64,000 bases of DNA. It comes from an uncultured Acidobacteriota bacterium. Lineage in GTDB: Bacteria; Acidobacteriota; Terriglobia; UBA7540. Shown here piece after piece: positions 1-10,339 of the stretch. The notes beneath the pieces are model-generated. The model was given only the letters and a program-made list of their open reading frames with translations. It was not told the origin of the DNA and ran no database searches. Made by a program: the position numbers and the translations under genes. The first letter of the stretch is position 1. Each line of letters begins with the position of its first letter. The DNA is taken from assembly GCA_963804995.1 (NCBI GenBank), contig CAWDSK010000003.1, positions 1,248,001-1,312,000 of the forward strand, written 5' to 3'.

Positions 1-1199
1 CATTGCGCCGTGCTGGTGCAAAGGTTGGCCTGCGCGTTGGGATCATAAAGTGAATAGGGTTCCCCGGGCTGGACGGGGTACCCGAGCTTCTGTGACAGTT
101 GATTGGCCCAGAAGCCGCCATTGACCATGTTGGGGGTAAAGACGAGGCCTCCCGAGGCTCCGCTAATTGATCCGAAGGCGGCTGGCCCGAAGTTCCCGGC
201 ACGGTTGTCCAGCGACGGGACCGCGACGTTGCCGGTGCTCTGGCCAAGCACCTGCCGGGTGCCCTGGTAGTCGGCAAAGATGAATAACTTATCGTGGATG
301 ATCGGCCCGCCGATGGTGCCGCCGAACTGGTTCTGGATAAACATGCCACGGTCAGGGCTGTAGAAGTTTCGGGCGTCGAGGCTCGTGTTGCGCAGGAACT
401 CGAAAACGTCGCCATGAAACTTGTTGGTGCCGGACTTGGTGACGGCATTGATCAGCCCGCCGCTGTAATTGCCGTATTCGGCGTCGAAGTTATTGGTCAG
501 AATCCGGAACTCGGCAATGGAATCCAGATTGGGAATGACCGTGGTGCCCATGCTGAGGGGCTCTTCCACACTGCCGCCGTTCACCATGAAGCCGTTGGCG
601 GATTCGCGTTGTCCACTCACCGAGAGGTTGCCCGCATTGAGGCTGCCTGAAACCGCGGCGCTCGAATACGTTCCGGCGTTTATCGGCACGACTCCCGGTT
701 GCAGCGCCAGGAGGTCGGTATAACTGCGCCCGTTCAACGGAATCACCGTCATCTTGGTCTCGCCAATAACCTCGCCCATTTGCGTGCTGGTGGTTTCCAC
801 CTGAGCTGAAACCGCCCTCACCGTCACTTGCTGCGTCTCTACTCCCAGTTCAAGTGACACGTCAACCAGGAGTGAGGTATTCACATCGATGGTCAGGCCC
901 GTTTGTTTGTAGTCTCTGAATCCCTGCTTGCGCATCTCTAAATCATACAGGCCAACCGGCAGAGCGGGGAAAGCGTAAAAGCCTTGAGCGTCGGTGCGCA
1001 TGGTCTGCCGGAAATCAGTATTTGTGTTCACAACGGTGACGGCGACCTCAGGCACTACGGCGCCTGTGGGGTCCTTTACCGTACCCGATATGCGCCCTGT
1101 GACGCTGCCAAACGCTGCGGTGGAGACCAAGCAAATTAGAAACCCCAAAGCCGCCACCAAGCTCGACAATTTTTTCTGCCCAATGAGTACGCTTCTCAT
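1..1199 (-). CDS. TonB-dependent receptor (carboxypeptidase-regulatory-like N-terminal domain), 3' end outside window
   Basis: Manual translation from ATG at 1199 (GGAGG upstream): MRSVLIGQKK...GRISGTVKDPTGAVVPEVAVTVVN...PLNGRSYTDLLALQPGV; later AEYGNYSGG and RNQFGGTIGGPI-like motifs. The ORF track misses it because it runs off the edge. Confidence 0.9.
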   Translation of the reverse strand, partial: MRSVLIGQKKLSSLVAALGFLICLVSTAAFGSVTGRISGTVKDPTGAVVPEVAVTVVNTNTDFRQTMRTDAQGFYAFPALPVGLYDLEMRKQGFRDYKQTGLTIDVNTSLLVDVSLELGVETQQVTVRAVSAQVETTSTQMGEVIGETKMTVIPLNGRSYTDLLALQPGVVPINAGTYSSAAVSGSLNAGNLSVSGQRESANGFMVNGGSVEEPLSMGTTVIPNLDSIAEFRILTNNFDAEYGNYSGGLINAVTKSGTNKFHGDVFEFLRNTSLDARNFYSPDRGMFIQNQFGGTIGGPIIHDKLFIFADYQGTRQVLGQSTGNVAVPSLDNRAGNFGPAAFGSISGASGGLVFTPNMVNGGFWANQLSQKLGYPVQPGEPYSLYDPNAQANLCTSTAQ

Positions 1200-1342
1200 A
1201 AAATGCCCCTCCACTCATCCGGAATTTTCGTTTTGCTCTTCCGCCCTGCCGGTAATCTACACCCGACCCCCTCGGGATTCAAGGCTGTCCAGCTTAGCGC
1301 GCGACCCTGCCGGCTCCGCCGCTCGCTGTCATGAAAATGCTC

Positions 1343-1540
1343 CCCTCCTCAGATGAGGAGGGGAGCGCTTTTAAGAACTCCCCTCCTGATTTAGGAGGGG
1401 TGGCGCCGTAGGCGACGGGGTGGTTACGCGAGCACCTCGGGCGACGGGGTGGTCATTCCCTCCGCCGGGCGGCCTGCCGCCAGGATCAGCACCACCCCGG
1501 CGCTCGGCGCGCCACCCCTCCTCATCTGAGGAGGGGAGCA
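1343..1540. repeat. REP-like palindrome cluster (CCCCTCCT..AGGAGGGG family)
   Basis: Three CCCTCCTnnnnnAGGAGGG-type hairpins plus ACCACCCC/GGGGTGGT motifs; a related cluster lies at 13583-13795. Confidence 0.75.
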
Positions 1541-1620
1541 TTTTCATGACAAGAGGCGGAGCCGCAGATCATTTCCCGCCCATTGGAACGTATTTTGGAC
1601 ACGCCGGGATTCAAGGACCC

Positions 1621-2937
1621 CTACCACTGCCGCTTTTCGACGCGCGGACGTTCCGCGCGGCTCATGGCTTTGACTTCGATGGCCGGGTGTTCGAGCCCGC
1701 GCAATTCCTCGATGTTTTCCAAAACTTTCAGGACGGCGTCCGCAATGTCGTCGGTATCCTTCTTCGAGCCCAGGAAGATGTGGTGCGGAAGCCATACAGA
1801 CTCTTCGTAAGCCGCGCGCTCCGCCACCGGACAGTGATAACGGGTCTTCAAATCCAGAGGCTCCTTGCGGCCCCAACTGAGCGCGGGCCATTCGGTTGTG
1901 TCCAGCGGGAACAACACGCTCTTGTAAACCGGCTCGTAGAAGAGGCCATCGCAGGGAATGCCTTCCATCTGGAGAGCGCCCAGAAACGAGGCGCGGGGAA
2001 TCCCGCCGAAGTGTTCGGGCGAATACTTAATGACGTATTGGTAGGCCGCAACGCGGGTCTGGCGCTTGTCACGCTCGAGGAAACCCAGGCCCGGGGTCCC
2101 GCGCAGGCGCTTGGCAAAGTGGTCCATGTTCGCCTGGCGGATTTTGGCTTGCTTGGGGAGGCGTTCGAGTTGCGCCGCCAGAATCACGGCCTGGAACTCG
2201 GTGACGCGGTAGTTGAAGCCCATCAGACGGTGCTCATACTTGTCCGTCGAGCTGGCCCGTCCGCAATTGACATAGGATTGCGCGCGTTCGAAGATTTCCA
2301 GGTTGCTGGTGATGACGGCGCCACCTTCGCCGGCCGTCATCAGCTTGCTGGATTGGAAGCTGAAGCAGCCCAGGTCGCCCGTCGCGCCCGCCCCCTTGTC
2401 GCGCCACTTGCCGCCGTGGGAGTGCGCACAGTCTTCGATGACCGCCAGGTGGTGGGCGGCGGCGATGCGCCCGATTTCATCGAGGTCCGCGAAGCGCATC
2501 GCCAGATGCACGGGAAGGATGGCGCGTGTCCGCTCCGTGATGGCAGCCTCAATCAGCTTCGTATCCAGGCAATAAGTGGCAGGGTCGACATCCACAAAAA
2601 CCGGAATGGCGTTGAGAAGCAGGATGGGGCTGACCGTGCCCTCCCAGGTGTAGGCCGGAACGATGACTTCGTCGCCGGGCTTGATGTTGGCGGCCTTCAG
2701 AGCGACCTCAATTGCCACGGTGCCGTTCGATACCACCAGCCCGTACTTGGCGCCATGGAAACGCGCGAACTTCTGGGCGAAAACGCCCGCCTCTTTGTTG
2801 GGGAAGGGATAGCCGCCCCAATTATGACTGGCCAGAACTTTCTGCAGACCGCGTGCTTCCTGCTGACCGTACAGAGGCCAGTCCGAGAACGGTTTCTTGC
2901 GCGCGGGCTTGCCACCGGTGATCGCGAGTTTTCCCAT
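1621..2937 (-). CDS. DegT/DnrJ/EryC1/StrS-family PLP-dependent (amino)sugar/cyclitol aminotransferase
   Basis: NGTVAI, GDEVIVPAYTW, AILPVHL, VIEDCAHSHG, FSFQSSKLMTAGEGG (PLP lysine), GFNYRVTEFQA. Confidence 0.93.
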   Translation of the reverse strand: MGKLAITGGKPARKKPFSDWPLYGQQEARGLQKVLASHNWGGYPFPNKEAGVFAQKFARFHGAKYGLVVSNGTVAIEVALKAANIKPGDEVIVPAYTWEGTVSPILLLNAIPVFVDVDPATYCLDTKLIEAAITERTRAILPVHLAMRFADLDEIGRIAAAHHLAVIEDCAHSHGGKWRDKGAGATGDLGCFSFQSSKLMTAGEGGAVITSNLEIFERAQSYVNCGRASSTDKYEHRLMGFNYRVTEFQAVILAAQLERLPKQAKIRQANMDHFAKRLRGTPGLGFLERDKRQTRVAAYQYVIKYSPEHFGGIPRASFLGALQMEGIPCDGLFYEPVYKSVLFPLDTTEWPALSWGRKEPLDLKTRYHCPVAERAAYEESVWLPHHIFLGSKKDTDDIADAVLKVLENIEELRGLEHPAIEVKAMSRAERPRVEKRQW

Positions 2938-3001
2938 GAAATTTCCTCCTATTCTGTACTACTACCTCCGAGATTCTTCGTGACGCGCGAAGATTTTGTG
3001 C

Positions 3002-3285
3002 CACGGGCGTCCGAAGCTGTGAAAAAATAAACAATTTCACGCAAAGGCGCGAAGGCGCAGAGGTCTGAAAACAAAGAGGCATTTCTCTGCGTCTCAGCGT
3101 CAAAGGCACCTTGGAGTGCGGCGGCTCGAACGCCGCCTTCAATTTACGCCGAGGACGATGCCGAAGGCGGCGTCGAGCCGCCGCACTCCAAGGTGCTTCG
3201 CACATTTTCATGTACAGTGGCGAGCCGAAGGCTCATGGGTATCTGCGGTGAAAATTGCATTTTTTCACACCTTCGGACGCCCGTG
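3002..3285. repeat. MITE-like composite repeat with 27-bp inverted ends and inner GCACTCCAA-type palindrome
   Basis: 3002-3028 and 3259-3285 are reverse complements with 1 mismatch; nested inverted repeat at ~3107-3196. Confidence 0.75.
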
Positions 3286-3319
3286 CCACTTCCAAATGAC
3301 ACCACTACCGGAAGGCTTG

Positions 3320-5113
3320 TTACCTGGCAACGCGCGCAATGTTGGAGTAGGCTGACTCGCCTGCGCCGTTGAGCGCGCGCACCCGATAACTGAGGGCCTG
3401 GCCGGAGGCGGCGCCGGAATCGCGATAGGATTTGGCGCTCGCCGCAAGCTTGGCAATCCGTTCCCACGCGCCGCCGTCACCCTGCCGGCGCTCGACGGCA
3501 ACATTCGTGATGCCCCCACCGTACAGTTCCCAGGAAATCTCCACAGCGCCACCGGCAGCCCGGGCCATCACCCCGCTGGGCGCCTCCGGAAGAACCGCCC
3601 AATCGAAATAATTCTCATCCGCGATGGCCAGCACGCTGTCGCGAATCGGGACGAGCTCCAAGACGTTGTTCGTACCCTTCTTCCATTCCAGGGGCTTGAT
3701 CTCTCCTGAAACGACGTCGATCAGGACGGGGTGTTCAATGCCGGTGTTCTCCAAGGTCAGACTCTCGTAGAAGGGAGTAAACACGTCCCCCGGCAGGCTG
3801 TGGGCCGCCAGCCAATAGGCGACTATCGCCTTACCGTTTTTCCCCCGGAAGCCATACGCCAGGAAGGGGAAGCCGGAATGCCGCCGCAGAGCGGGAATTC
3901 CTGTACCCTCGACCTTAATCGCCGGGTCCAGATGTGTATCCGAGAAAAGGGCATTGGTATTCTCGTAAGCACCGAACACGGGGCGCGGCGTGAAATCGTC
4001 AGGGAGATTGCGCAACCCGTGAATCAGTCCGAAATCGTCGTATTCATTTCCGTCCGTGCCCGCGGCCAGCAGCCAGACAAAGGTCTTTACCCCCGCCGCC
4101 CAGTTGTAAAGCATGCCGCGCGTGACGTACTTGGCCTGCACCGACTCATCCGAACCCGTCCAGGAGGGAATGGAATTGAATTCGTCGTCCCAGAAGGGAA
4201 TGTCCGGACGGATCCCCGGGTAGTGCCGCACCAGGTCGCGCAGTTTCGCCGGGGATTCAGTGCCGTAAGCGCCGTAGTCCATGGACTCCGGGTTCAGGTT
4301 CTGGCCGTAACCCGGATAGGTGTGGTAGGCAAACACATCGATGCCCGCCCCGCAGTCGCAAGCGTCCAGCGCGCGCTTGGCCCAGTCGCTGACGGGGTCA
4401 GCCAAGCCACCGGAAATGACCTTGGCCGCGGGATCAGTTTCGTGCACGGTCTTCACGAACGCTTTGAGCAGGCGGCCGAATTCTTCCGGATTCCCCCAGG
4501 GGTTCCAGTAGCCGATGTCCGGCTCGTTCCAGAGCGCCCAATAATGAATCCGTCCCCGGAAGTGATTCACCATGAAACGCACGTAGTTGTCGAAGGCCTC
4601 GATCTCGCCCGGGGTGCGCGGCGGCCAGAAAACCGAGTAGAGGCTGCGGTCGTCATTATGGAAGGTGCCCGGCTCAGGAGTGATGGCATCGGGCTTGTGG
4701 CCGGAGGGGGACGTATACATGGGGTTGCCGTACATCAACTGGACTTGTACGTCGACGCCATTGTTGAGCAGCGAATTCACGTAGTCGTCCAGGTTCGGAT
4801 CAACTGCATAGACGCCCCGCTTCTGCTCGATGTAGTCCCAGCTTGTGTAGTCGGAGCTGTTCTCATACTGGCCGATGCGGATCCACTTGACCCCGGCATC
4901 GAACATCCGGGTCCACCACCAGCGCTCCCAGGAGAGGTAGGGATCACGAGGCATGTCGGAGTTGATGCCAAATCCATCCGTAATCTGCGAAGAGCGCTTG
5001 GGCGGAACGCGGTCAGGAAATTGACGGTGGGTCGCTTGGGCAAGGAGGTTCGTTGCCCCCGCACACAGAAGAAGCATAAGGGTCCCAACTGCCAGGTAAC
5101 AGGGTTTGTTCAT
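3320..5113 (-). CDS. Secreted clan-A glycoside hydrolase (GH39/GH5-like) with C-terminal fibronectin-III-like domain
   Basis: Signal peptide; WALWNEPD (acid/base Glu), FAYHTYP, FWDDEF (nucleophile); C-terminal YRVRALNGAGESAYSN. Confidence 0.8.
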   Translation of the reverse strand: MNKPCYLAVGTLMLLLCAGATNLLAQATHRQFPDRVPPKRSSQITDGFGINSDMPRDPYLSWERWWWTRMFDAGVKWIRIGQYENSSDYTSWDYIEQKRGVYAVDPNLDDYVNSLLNNGVDVQVQLMYGNPMYTSPSGHKPDAITPEPGTFHNDDRSLYSVFWPPRTPGEIEAFDNYVRFMVNHFRGRIHYWALWNEPDIGYWNPWGNPEEFGRLLKAFVKTVHETDPAAKVISGGLADPVSDWAKRALDACDCGAGIDVFAYHTYPGYGQNLNPESMDYGAYGTESPAKLRDLVRHYPGIRPDIPFWDDEFNSIPSWTGSDESVQAKYVTRGMLYNWAAGVKTFVWLLAAGTDGNEYDDFGLIHGLRNLPDDFTPRPVFGAYENTNALFSDTHLDPAIKVEGTGIPALRRHSGFPFLAYGFRGKNGKAIVAYWLAAHSLPGDVFTPFYESLTLENTGIEHPVLIDVVSGEIKPLEWKKGTNNVLELVPIRDSVLAIADENYFDWAVLPEAPSGVMARAAGGAVEISWELYGGGITNVAVERRQGDGGAWERIAKLAASAKSYRDSGAASGQALSYRVRALNGAGESAYSNIARVAR

Positions 5114-5178
5114 GGCGTAACCTTTTCCCGGTCGTCTGCCGCAGCGGGGTGAGCGCCACGGCCAACCGATGACCTATT

Positions 5179-6006
5179 TTATTCCTGGTTGAATCCTGTC
5201 GATTTGCGAAAGACTTCCACGTAGTGCCCATCCTTCTTCGGCTGCTTGCTGTACAATTCCTTCTCCAGCTTGGCCAAGTCGGAAGGATCCCAGTCCGGGC
5301 GGTACTTGATAATGGCGGGCTCGAACTGGCTCACGTGTTTGGACCCGGCTTCGAGCTTCAACTTCATCACCGAGTCGATGTTGACCCAGGTGTTCGCCTC
5401 CTGCGGAGTGGTGTAATAAAAGTACAACACCGGCACCAGGTAGGCATCCAGGTGCTGCTCGAGGCGCTGGTTGGGAAAATAGAGCCAGAACTCCGCGGCG
5501 CGGACGGCGTCCACGGTATTATTCGCGGCCATGCGGTGGTCGGTCTTATGCCAGCGTACGTACCATTCGCCGGGATCGGGACACAGCAGCACATCGGGGC
5601 GAATCCGCCGGATGATCGCCGTCGCCTCCTCCACGAGTTTGGGCTGGGGAGCGTATTCCAGCATGCCGTCGTCATAACCCATCCAGGAGAGGTTCGCTTG
5701 AGGGGTTCCCAGGACAGCTTCCGCAGCTTCTTCCTCTGCCTTGCGAATCCGCGCCAGCCGCTGCGAGCTCATCTCCGTGTCATAAGAGCCCTTGTCGTCG
5801 TTGGTATATAGGACGATGTACACCTTGTTGTGGTGCTGGTTGAGCAGTGCAATCGTGCCCCCCGCCCCCCACAGTTCATCGTCCGGATGGGGTGTGAAGA
5901 TCAGCACCGTCTTGCCGGTCATCGTATCCAACCCCGCCTCCTGGCCCCGCACCACGGAGGGTGCCACCCAGAATATCAGCGCCATTAGCCAAACCATGTA
6001 CTTCAT
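5179..6006 (-). CDS. PIG-L family deacetylase (secreted)
   Basis: PHPDDE, RKAEEEAA, HKTDH and HVSQF motifs; N-terminal signal peptide. Confidence 0.9.
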   Translation of the reverse strand: MKYMVWLMALIFWVAPSVVRGQEAGLDTMTGKTVLIFTPHPDDELWGAGGTIALLNQHHNKVYIVLYTNDDKGSYDTEMSSQRLARIRKAEEEAAEAVLGTPQANLSWMGYDDGMLEYAPQPKLVEEATAIIRRIRPDVLLCPDPGEWYVRWHKTDHRMAANNTVDAVRAAEFWLYFPNQRLEQHLDAYLVPVLYFYYTTPQEANTWVNIDSVMKLKLEAGSKHVSQFEPAIIKYRPDWDPSDLAKLEKELYSKQPKKDGHYVEVFRKSTGFNQE

Positions 6007-6124
6007 GGGTCACCTCGTCTTCTTGAATAGCCGCCCGACGGCAAAAGATCACCTTCCGGGCGACCTGGATTTCACCTTGCGCAAAGGACCCTGCACCACC
6101 GTCACGACGGTGTGCGGACCTATT

Positions 6125-6179
6125 AAATCGAAACAATAAATCGAATAAAAAAAATACGCCTGCAGGGGGGTGCTGTCAA
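6125..6179 (-). promoter_or_regulatory. Sigma70-type promoter for the deacetylase/GH/aminotransferase operon, with possible operator sites
   Basis: Minus strand TTGACA (6179-6174), 17 nt, TATTTT (6156-6151); two AAATCGAA motifs at ~6125-6145 immediately downstream. Confidence 0.65.
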
Positions 6180-6244
6180 GGACAATATGTTGCTGTTGGA
6201 CGGACTCGTCAAAAATGTACACTTTCCATGTCTTATCGTCTTCT

Positions 6245-6485
6245 TACCGCAGAGACGCTGAGGCGCAGAGGGGCGGCGCCGCAACCAAACAAGAATCATA
6301 TCCCTCTCCGGGGGGAGAGGGTGGACCGCGGCCGGCGTTTTCACCAGCCGGCGCGGGACGGGTGAGGGGTCACTTTCGGGAAGTAGCACAATAATGCGTG
6401 CGAAAAAAACGAGAATTTACGGTTTTGCAATGCAGAGGAATGAAATAAACGTCCTTTTCTCTGCGCCTCAGCGCCTCGGCGGTAA
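6245..6485. repeat. Nested REP-like cassette
   Basis: CCGCAGAGACGCTGAGGCGCAGAG ... CTCTGCGCCTCAGCGCCTCGGCGG inverted ends around a CCCTCTCC..GGAGAGGG / GGGTGAGGGG unit that recurs at ~8000-8125 and ~40325-40390. Confidence 0.7.
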
Positions 6486-6700
6486 GGATACTATTTCTTC
6501 ACACCTTCTTGCGCCCTGGGCTACGATCTCACGCCCCTGACGGGGCTGCCGATCGGCCTCCCAGCGGACTCGCTTCATAGTATTATTGAAGGGGCGGCAG
6601 CCTTACTTTACGGATTTAATGAAACAGAGTAGATTAACTCCTGCGCCCCGGTGTTCGTGACGGCCGGACCGAACAGGCCAGCAAGGGGAGAGATAAAGCG

Positions 6701-7780
6701 ATGACGCAACCCTCAGCAGAAATCAGTGCTGCGGTTACGATTCGAGATGTCGCAAGGGAGTGCCAGTTCTCGCCCACTACGGTGTCCATGGTGCTCAATC
6801 ATGCTCCCTTGGCACGTTACATTCCGGCCACAACCAAGAAGAGCGTCATCCAAGCCGCCGAAAGGCTGGGCTATCAACCTAATCCCTTTGCGCGAGCTCT
6901 GCGCAGCGATCGCAGCCATACCATCGGCGTGATGGTGCCCGACATTGCGGATCCGTACTGCACCCAGATCCTGCGTGGGATTGAGTCCAGCCTTTCGCGC
7001 TCGAGCTACCTCCCGCTCCTGGTGGATATCCAAAACAACCGCTTGCGCTTCAAAAATTACCTGAATGCTCTGCTGGGACGGCGCGTCGATGGGCTGATCA
7101 TTCTCGCCAACTCGCTTTACTTTGAGACCGAGCTGTTGAGCGCTTTGGAAAGCCGCAAGATCCCTTCCGTTATTCTGGGCCGGCAGTCGGAGGCCAGCGC
7201 CTTGAGCTGGGTCGCCACGGACAACGATGCCGGCGCTCAGCAGGCGCTTGAGCACCTCTGTGGGCTGGGCCACCGCAAGATCGCATTTATTCGAGGGCCC
7301 AAAATGATTTCCGACAGCCGCCACCAATGGGCGGGAATCTGCTCCTTCGCTAAGGCCGCAGGCTGGGAGCTGGATCCCAGGCTCGTCGTAACCTTGCGTA
7401 ACACGTTCTCAACCTGTGAGGGCGGCTATGAATGCACCAAAGAGTTGCTCGCCCTCAAACTCCCATTCACCGCACTGGCGGCCTTCGATGATTTGACCGC
7501 TTTCGGCGCGATCCGGGCCCTCACCAGCGCGGGCCTGCGTGTGCCTGCGGATTGTTCGGTGATAGGGTTTGATGACATTCCCGCCGCCGCCTTTTACAAT
7601 CCCGCTCTGACCACCGTTCGGGAAGGTATGGAAAGCTTGGGTTCAACCGGAGCGGAAATTCTTATCGACGCCATCCGCGCCCATCGCAAGAACCAGACAT
7701 TTCGTCCTGTTCACCGCAAGGTCAAGCCGGAACTGATTGTCAGAGAGTCAACCGCTGCGCCCGCTGAGCAGCATCTATAA
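6701..7780 (+). CDS. LacI-family transcriptional regulator
   Basis: VTIRDVARECQFSPTTVSMVLN HTH, LGYQPNPFARAL, SVIGFDD, PALTTV, LIVRESTA. Confidence 0.95.
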   Translation: MTQPSAEISAAVTIRDVARECQFSPTTVSMVLNHAPLARYIPATTKKSVIQAAERLGYQPNPFARALRSDRSHTIGVMVPDIADPYCTQILRGIESSLSRSSYLPLLVDIQNNRLRFKNYLNALLGRRVDGLIILANSLYFETELLSALESRKIPSVILGRQSEASALSWVATDNDAGAQQALEHLCGLGHRKIAFIRGPKMISDSRHQWAGICSFAKAAGWELDPRLVVTLRNTFSTCEGGYECTKELLALKLPFTALAAFDDLTAFGAIRALTSAGLRVPADCSVIGFDDIPAAAFYNPALTTVREGMESLGSTGAEILIDAIRAHRKNQTFRPVHRKVKPELIVRESTAAPAEQHL

Positions 7781-7842
7781 CCTTAATGGAATCAACCACC
7801 TGCTAGAGCAGATGCCGCCCCCGACGGCGCCAAACCCTCATA

Positions 7843-8167
7843 CTAGGAGCCCGTCGGAGATAGATTTCGTTGTACGTAGAATTAATAACTTAGCGAGATT
7901 CGAGTGTCTGTAAGTTGTTGATTCTTCGTTGACGAATTATTATTTCCGACACACTCCTAGTGTGGTGTCCCGTGCTAGAGTTGACAATAGGTAGAACCCC
8001 CTCACCCGTCTGGCATCGGCTGATGAGAACGCCTCGGCCAGCCACCCTCTCCCCCAAAGGGGCGAGGGCAAGAGAATTAACTCTCCCCTCGCCCCTTTGG
8101 GGGAGAGGGGCTGGGGGGTGAGGGGGTCGGACAGCCTTGTCAAATATTAACCGGGACACCGCACTAG
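7843..8167. repeat. Two adjacent MITE-like elements bounded by CTAG
   Basis: 7843-7960 has imperfect inverted ends CTAGGAGcccGTCGGA / TCCGACacaCTCCTAG; 7957-8167 has CTAGTGTGGTGTCCCG / CGGGACACCGCACTAG (1 mismatch); the two share the CTAG at 7957-7960. Confidence 0.65.
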
Positions 8168-8286
8168 CAACGCCTGGAAACACCTCCCCCCGAGCAGCCA
8201 AGCTTAGCGCGCCTCATACAACCCTATTACAGCCTTGTAAAGCAATGAGATGCGGGCGGGGGGCTAGCGTCCATGTTTTCAACGAC

Positions 8287-9123
8287 TTAGTGTGCCTCCA
8301 CCGTACCAACTTGCTGGGCGGCATCGGGCGAAGGCGTAGCAGGTTTTGCGGTCGAAACCGTTGGCGCCGGGGCTCGTGTTGCAGGCCCGGAGGAAGCGGC
8401 ATTCGTTGGCATTAGGGTCGTAGTCGCATCCGCCGCCGAGGGCGCCTGCGGTACCACACCCGTGGGTCGCTGCGGAGCAGGTGCGGTGCTTGGGGCAACG
8501 GGGTTGGGGCTTGCGGGGCTGACTGCCCGCTCTTTGGGTCGTACGGCTCCGGCTCCAGGTCCTTGCGGTCGAGGGGCCTGGCGAACTACTGGGCGGAACA
8601 GGATTTCGAACTGTACCTTATCCAGATCTCCATCCTGAAATTCCAGGACTTGGTCAAAGCCTTCTTCCCGAATCACGGCTTTGGTCAGGTCGAAACCCTG
8701 GTGATGGCGCTCAATCACCATCCGCCCCACGGAGCGCTCGCGTTTCTCGTCCCGCTCAACACAGGTTTCAAGTGGCACATCGAATAGCACCGCCACAGCC
8801 GGAACCTGGAATTTCTTTGCCAAGTCGAGCAGATCCTTGCGCGCTGGGGCGGTCAACGCTGTTGAATCCACTACGCAGAGGCGGTTGAGGGTGAGACGCT
8901 GTGCAATCAGGAAATGTACCAAGGCGAAGGCCTGCGCATTAAAGCGCTGATCCCGGTCGTCGTCGCACACACACGCGCGTGCCCAATCCGAGGAGATGAT
9001 TTGCGTGGGGCGGAAATGGCGCGCCGCAAAGGTGGATTTTCCACACGCCGCGGGTCCACAGAGGACCACGATCGAAGGCCTAAGAATTCGGACAGACTTG
9101 GAGGAGTTGGATTCAGAGGTCAT
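8287..9123 (-). CDS. P-loop kinase (AAA_33 / polynucleotide-kinase-like) with Pro/Ala-rich tail
   Basis: GPAACGKST Walker A, ISSDWAR, CVVDST, ERDEKRER lid region. Confidence 0.8.
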   Translation of the reverse strand: MTSESNSSKSVRILRPSIVVLCGPAACGKSTFAARHFRPTQIISSDWARACVCDDDRDQRFNAQAFALVHFLIAQRLTLNRLCVVDSTALTAPARKDLLDLAKKFQVPAVAVLFDVPLETCVERDEKRERSVGRMVIERHHQGFDLTKAVIREEGFDQVLEFQDGDLDKVQFEILFRPVVRQAPRPQGPGAGAVRPKERAVSPASPNPVAPSTAPAPQRPTGVVPQAPSAADATTTLMPTNAASSGPATRAPAPTVSTAKPATPSPDAAQQVGTVEAH

Positions 9124-9357
9124 AAAAGCTTGAGAACGTCCCGCACCCTTTTGAGGTTACGTCCCTGATTCCGCCGTATTGGGGCAATATCCCGGATTTC
9201 TCACCAGGGAGGGGAGGGGCTGTCGTGTCAAATCCTCATCACCCCGGCTGGACCTGCGGTATATTCGATTGGCGCCTGCGCCGGTTTTGTTGTCTACGTC
9301 GAGCGAAACGGTGCTGGCAGGTGTCCATTCTTACTGAGGACGCCATCTGGAGAGTAT

Positions 9358-9747
9358 GTGGCCGCTACCGTTGTGGCTTTAGTCGACAACCTCTTCTTTC
9401 TCTCGCGGATTCGCGAAACGGCGAAGGCGGCCGGCGTGACGGTCATCACCGCCGACCCGAAACGCGGCGCTGCATGCGTCTCCGAGGCCCGACCCCAAGC
9501 CGTTTACCTTGACCTCAACTCACGCGGCTTCCCTGCCCTGGAATGGATCCAAGGCCTCAAGGCTGACCCGGCGACCCGCCAGATTCCGATTGTGGGTTTC
9601 GTATCGCACGTTCAATCGGACCTCATTTCAGCAGCGCGCGCGGCGGGCTGCGACGTGGTGCTGGCGCGCTCGGCCTTCAGCCAACAACTTCCGGGCCTGC
9701 TCCGCCGGCTCGTTTCAGAAGCTTCGGCAGACCATCCGCAAGAATAA
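9358..9747 (+). CDS. Single-domain CheY-like response regulator (atypical)
   Basis: VVALVDN, PQAVYLDL, LKADPATRQIPIVGF, ARAAGCDVVL; the usual beta5 Lys appears to be Arg. Confidence 0.8.
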   Translation: MAATVVALVDNLFFLSRIRETAKAAGVTVITADPKRGAACVSEARPQAVYLDLNSRGFPALEWIQGLKADPATRQIPIVGFVSHVQSDLISAARAAGCDVVLARSAFSQQLPGLLRRLVSEASADHPQE

Positions 9748-10339
9748 GCGGCGCGGGGCGTACATCGTGGCACGCGGCCTCTCCGGTGATGGGGCCGGTT
9801 GGCGCAGGGCGAGCGCAGCCCTGCGAGTCTAGTGTGGTCTGATGACGTGAATCGCAGAGCTGGGCTCGCTCTGCGCCAACCTGCCTGGTGAAGCGGGTAG
9901 CCATCTCTGAAACCGCGATGCCGTGTCAAGCGGATTTTAGGTGCCGATTGACAGAAGTCTGCACCTAGTTTCAGAATGGCAGTCAGCCGGCGAAGCGGAA
10001 GCGGGCTCTGCTGGCGAGCAACCCGCCGAGGAATAGCCGGTGGGAGGCTCATCGTAACGACGAGCAGGGGGGCGATGGGATGATCGCTCCTCCTCCTGGT
10101 GGTTACGATAGCTTCCCCATGCCTGAGAAAACGCCCGGCCGATTACGATCCTCGCCGAGTTCGCCACTCCGAAACTTGCACGGCTAAGTTAAAACACCTC
10201 CCTGGGGTAGGGCCAGGTTCTCACCCTGGCCTGCCGGTGGTGCGGTGGCCCAAGAGAAATCCCCAGGCCACGCACCCCCGACCGCGGCCGAGGAGAAGAA
10301 TTCTCGCTCGGCCCTTTCTGAAACTCGGAGCCCAGGACG

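Noticed and set aside
1420..3030. 536-aa plus-strand ORF and similar long antisense ORFs (3731-5152, 10099-11172, 23594-24907, 53769-54893)
   Set aside because: Shadow frames of well-supported genes on the opposite strand in GC-rich DNA; no recognisable motifs.
8287..9123. Pnkp-Hen1 RNA repair system
   Set aside because: Only the kinase-like domain is present; no phosphatase, ligase or Hen1 neighbour.
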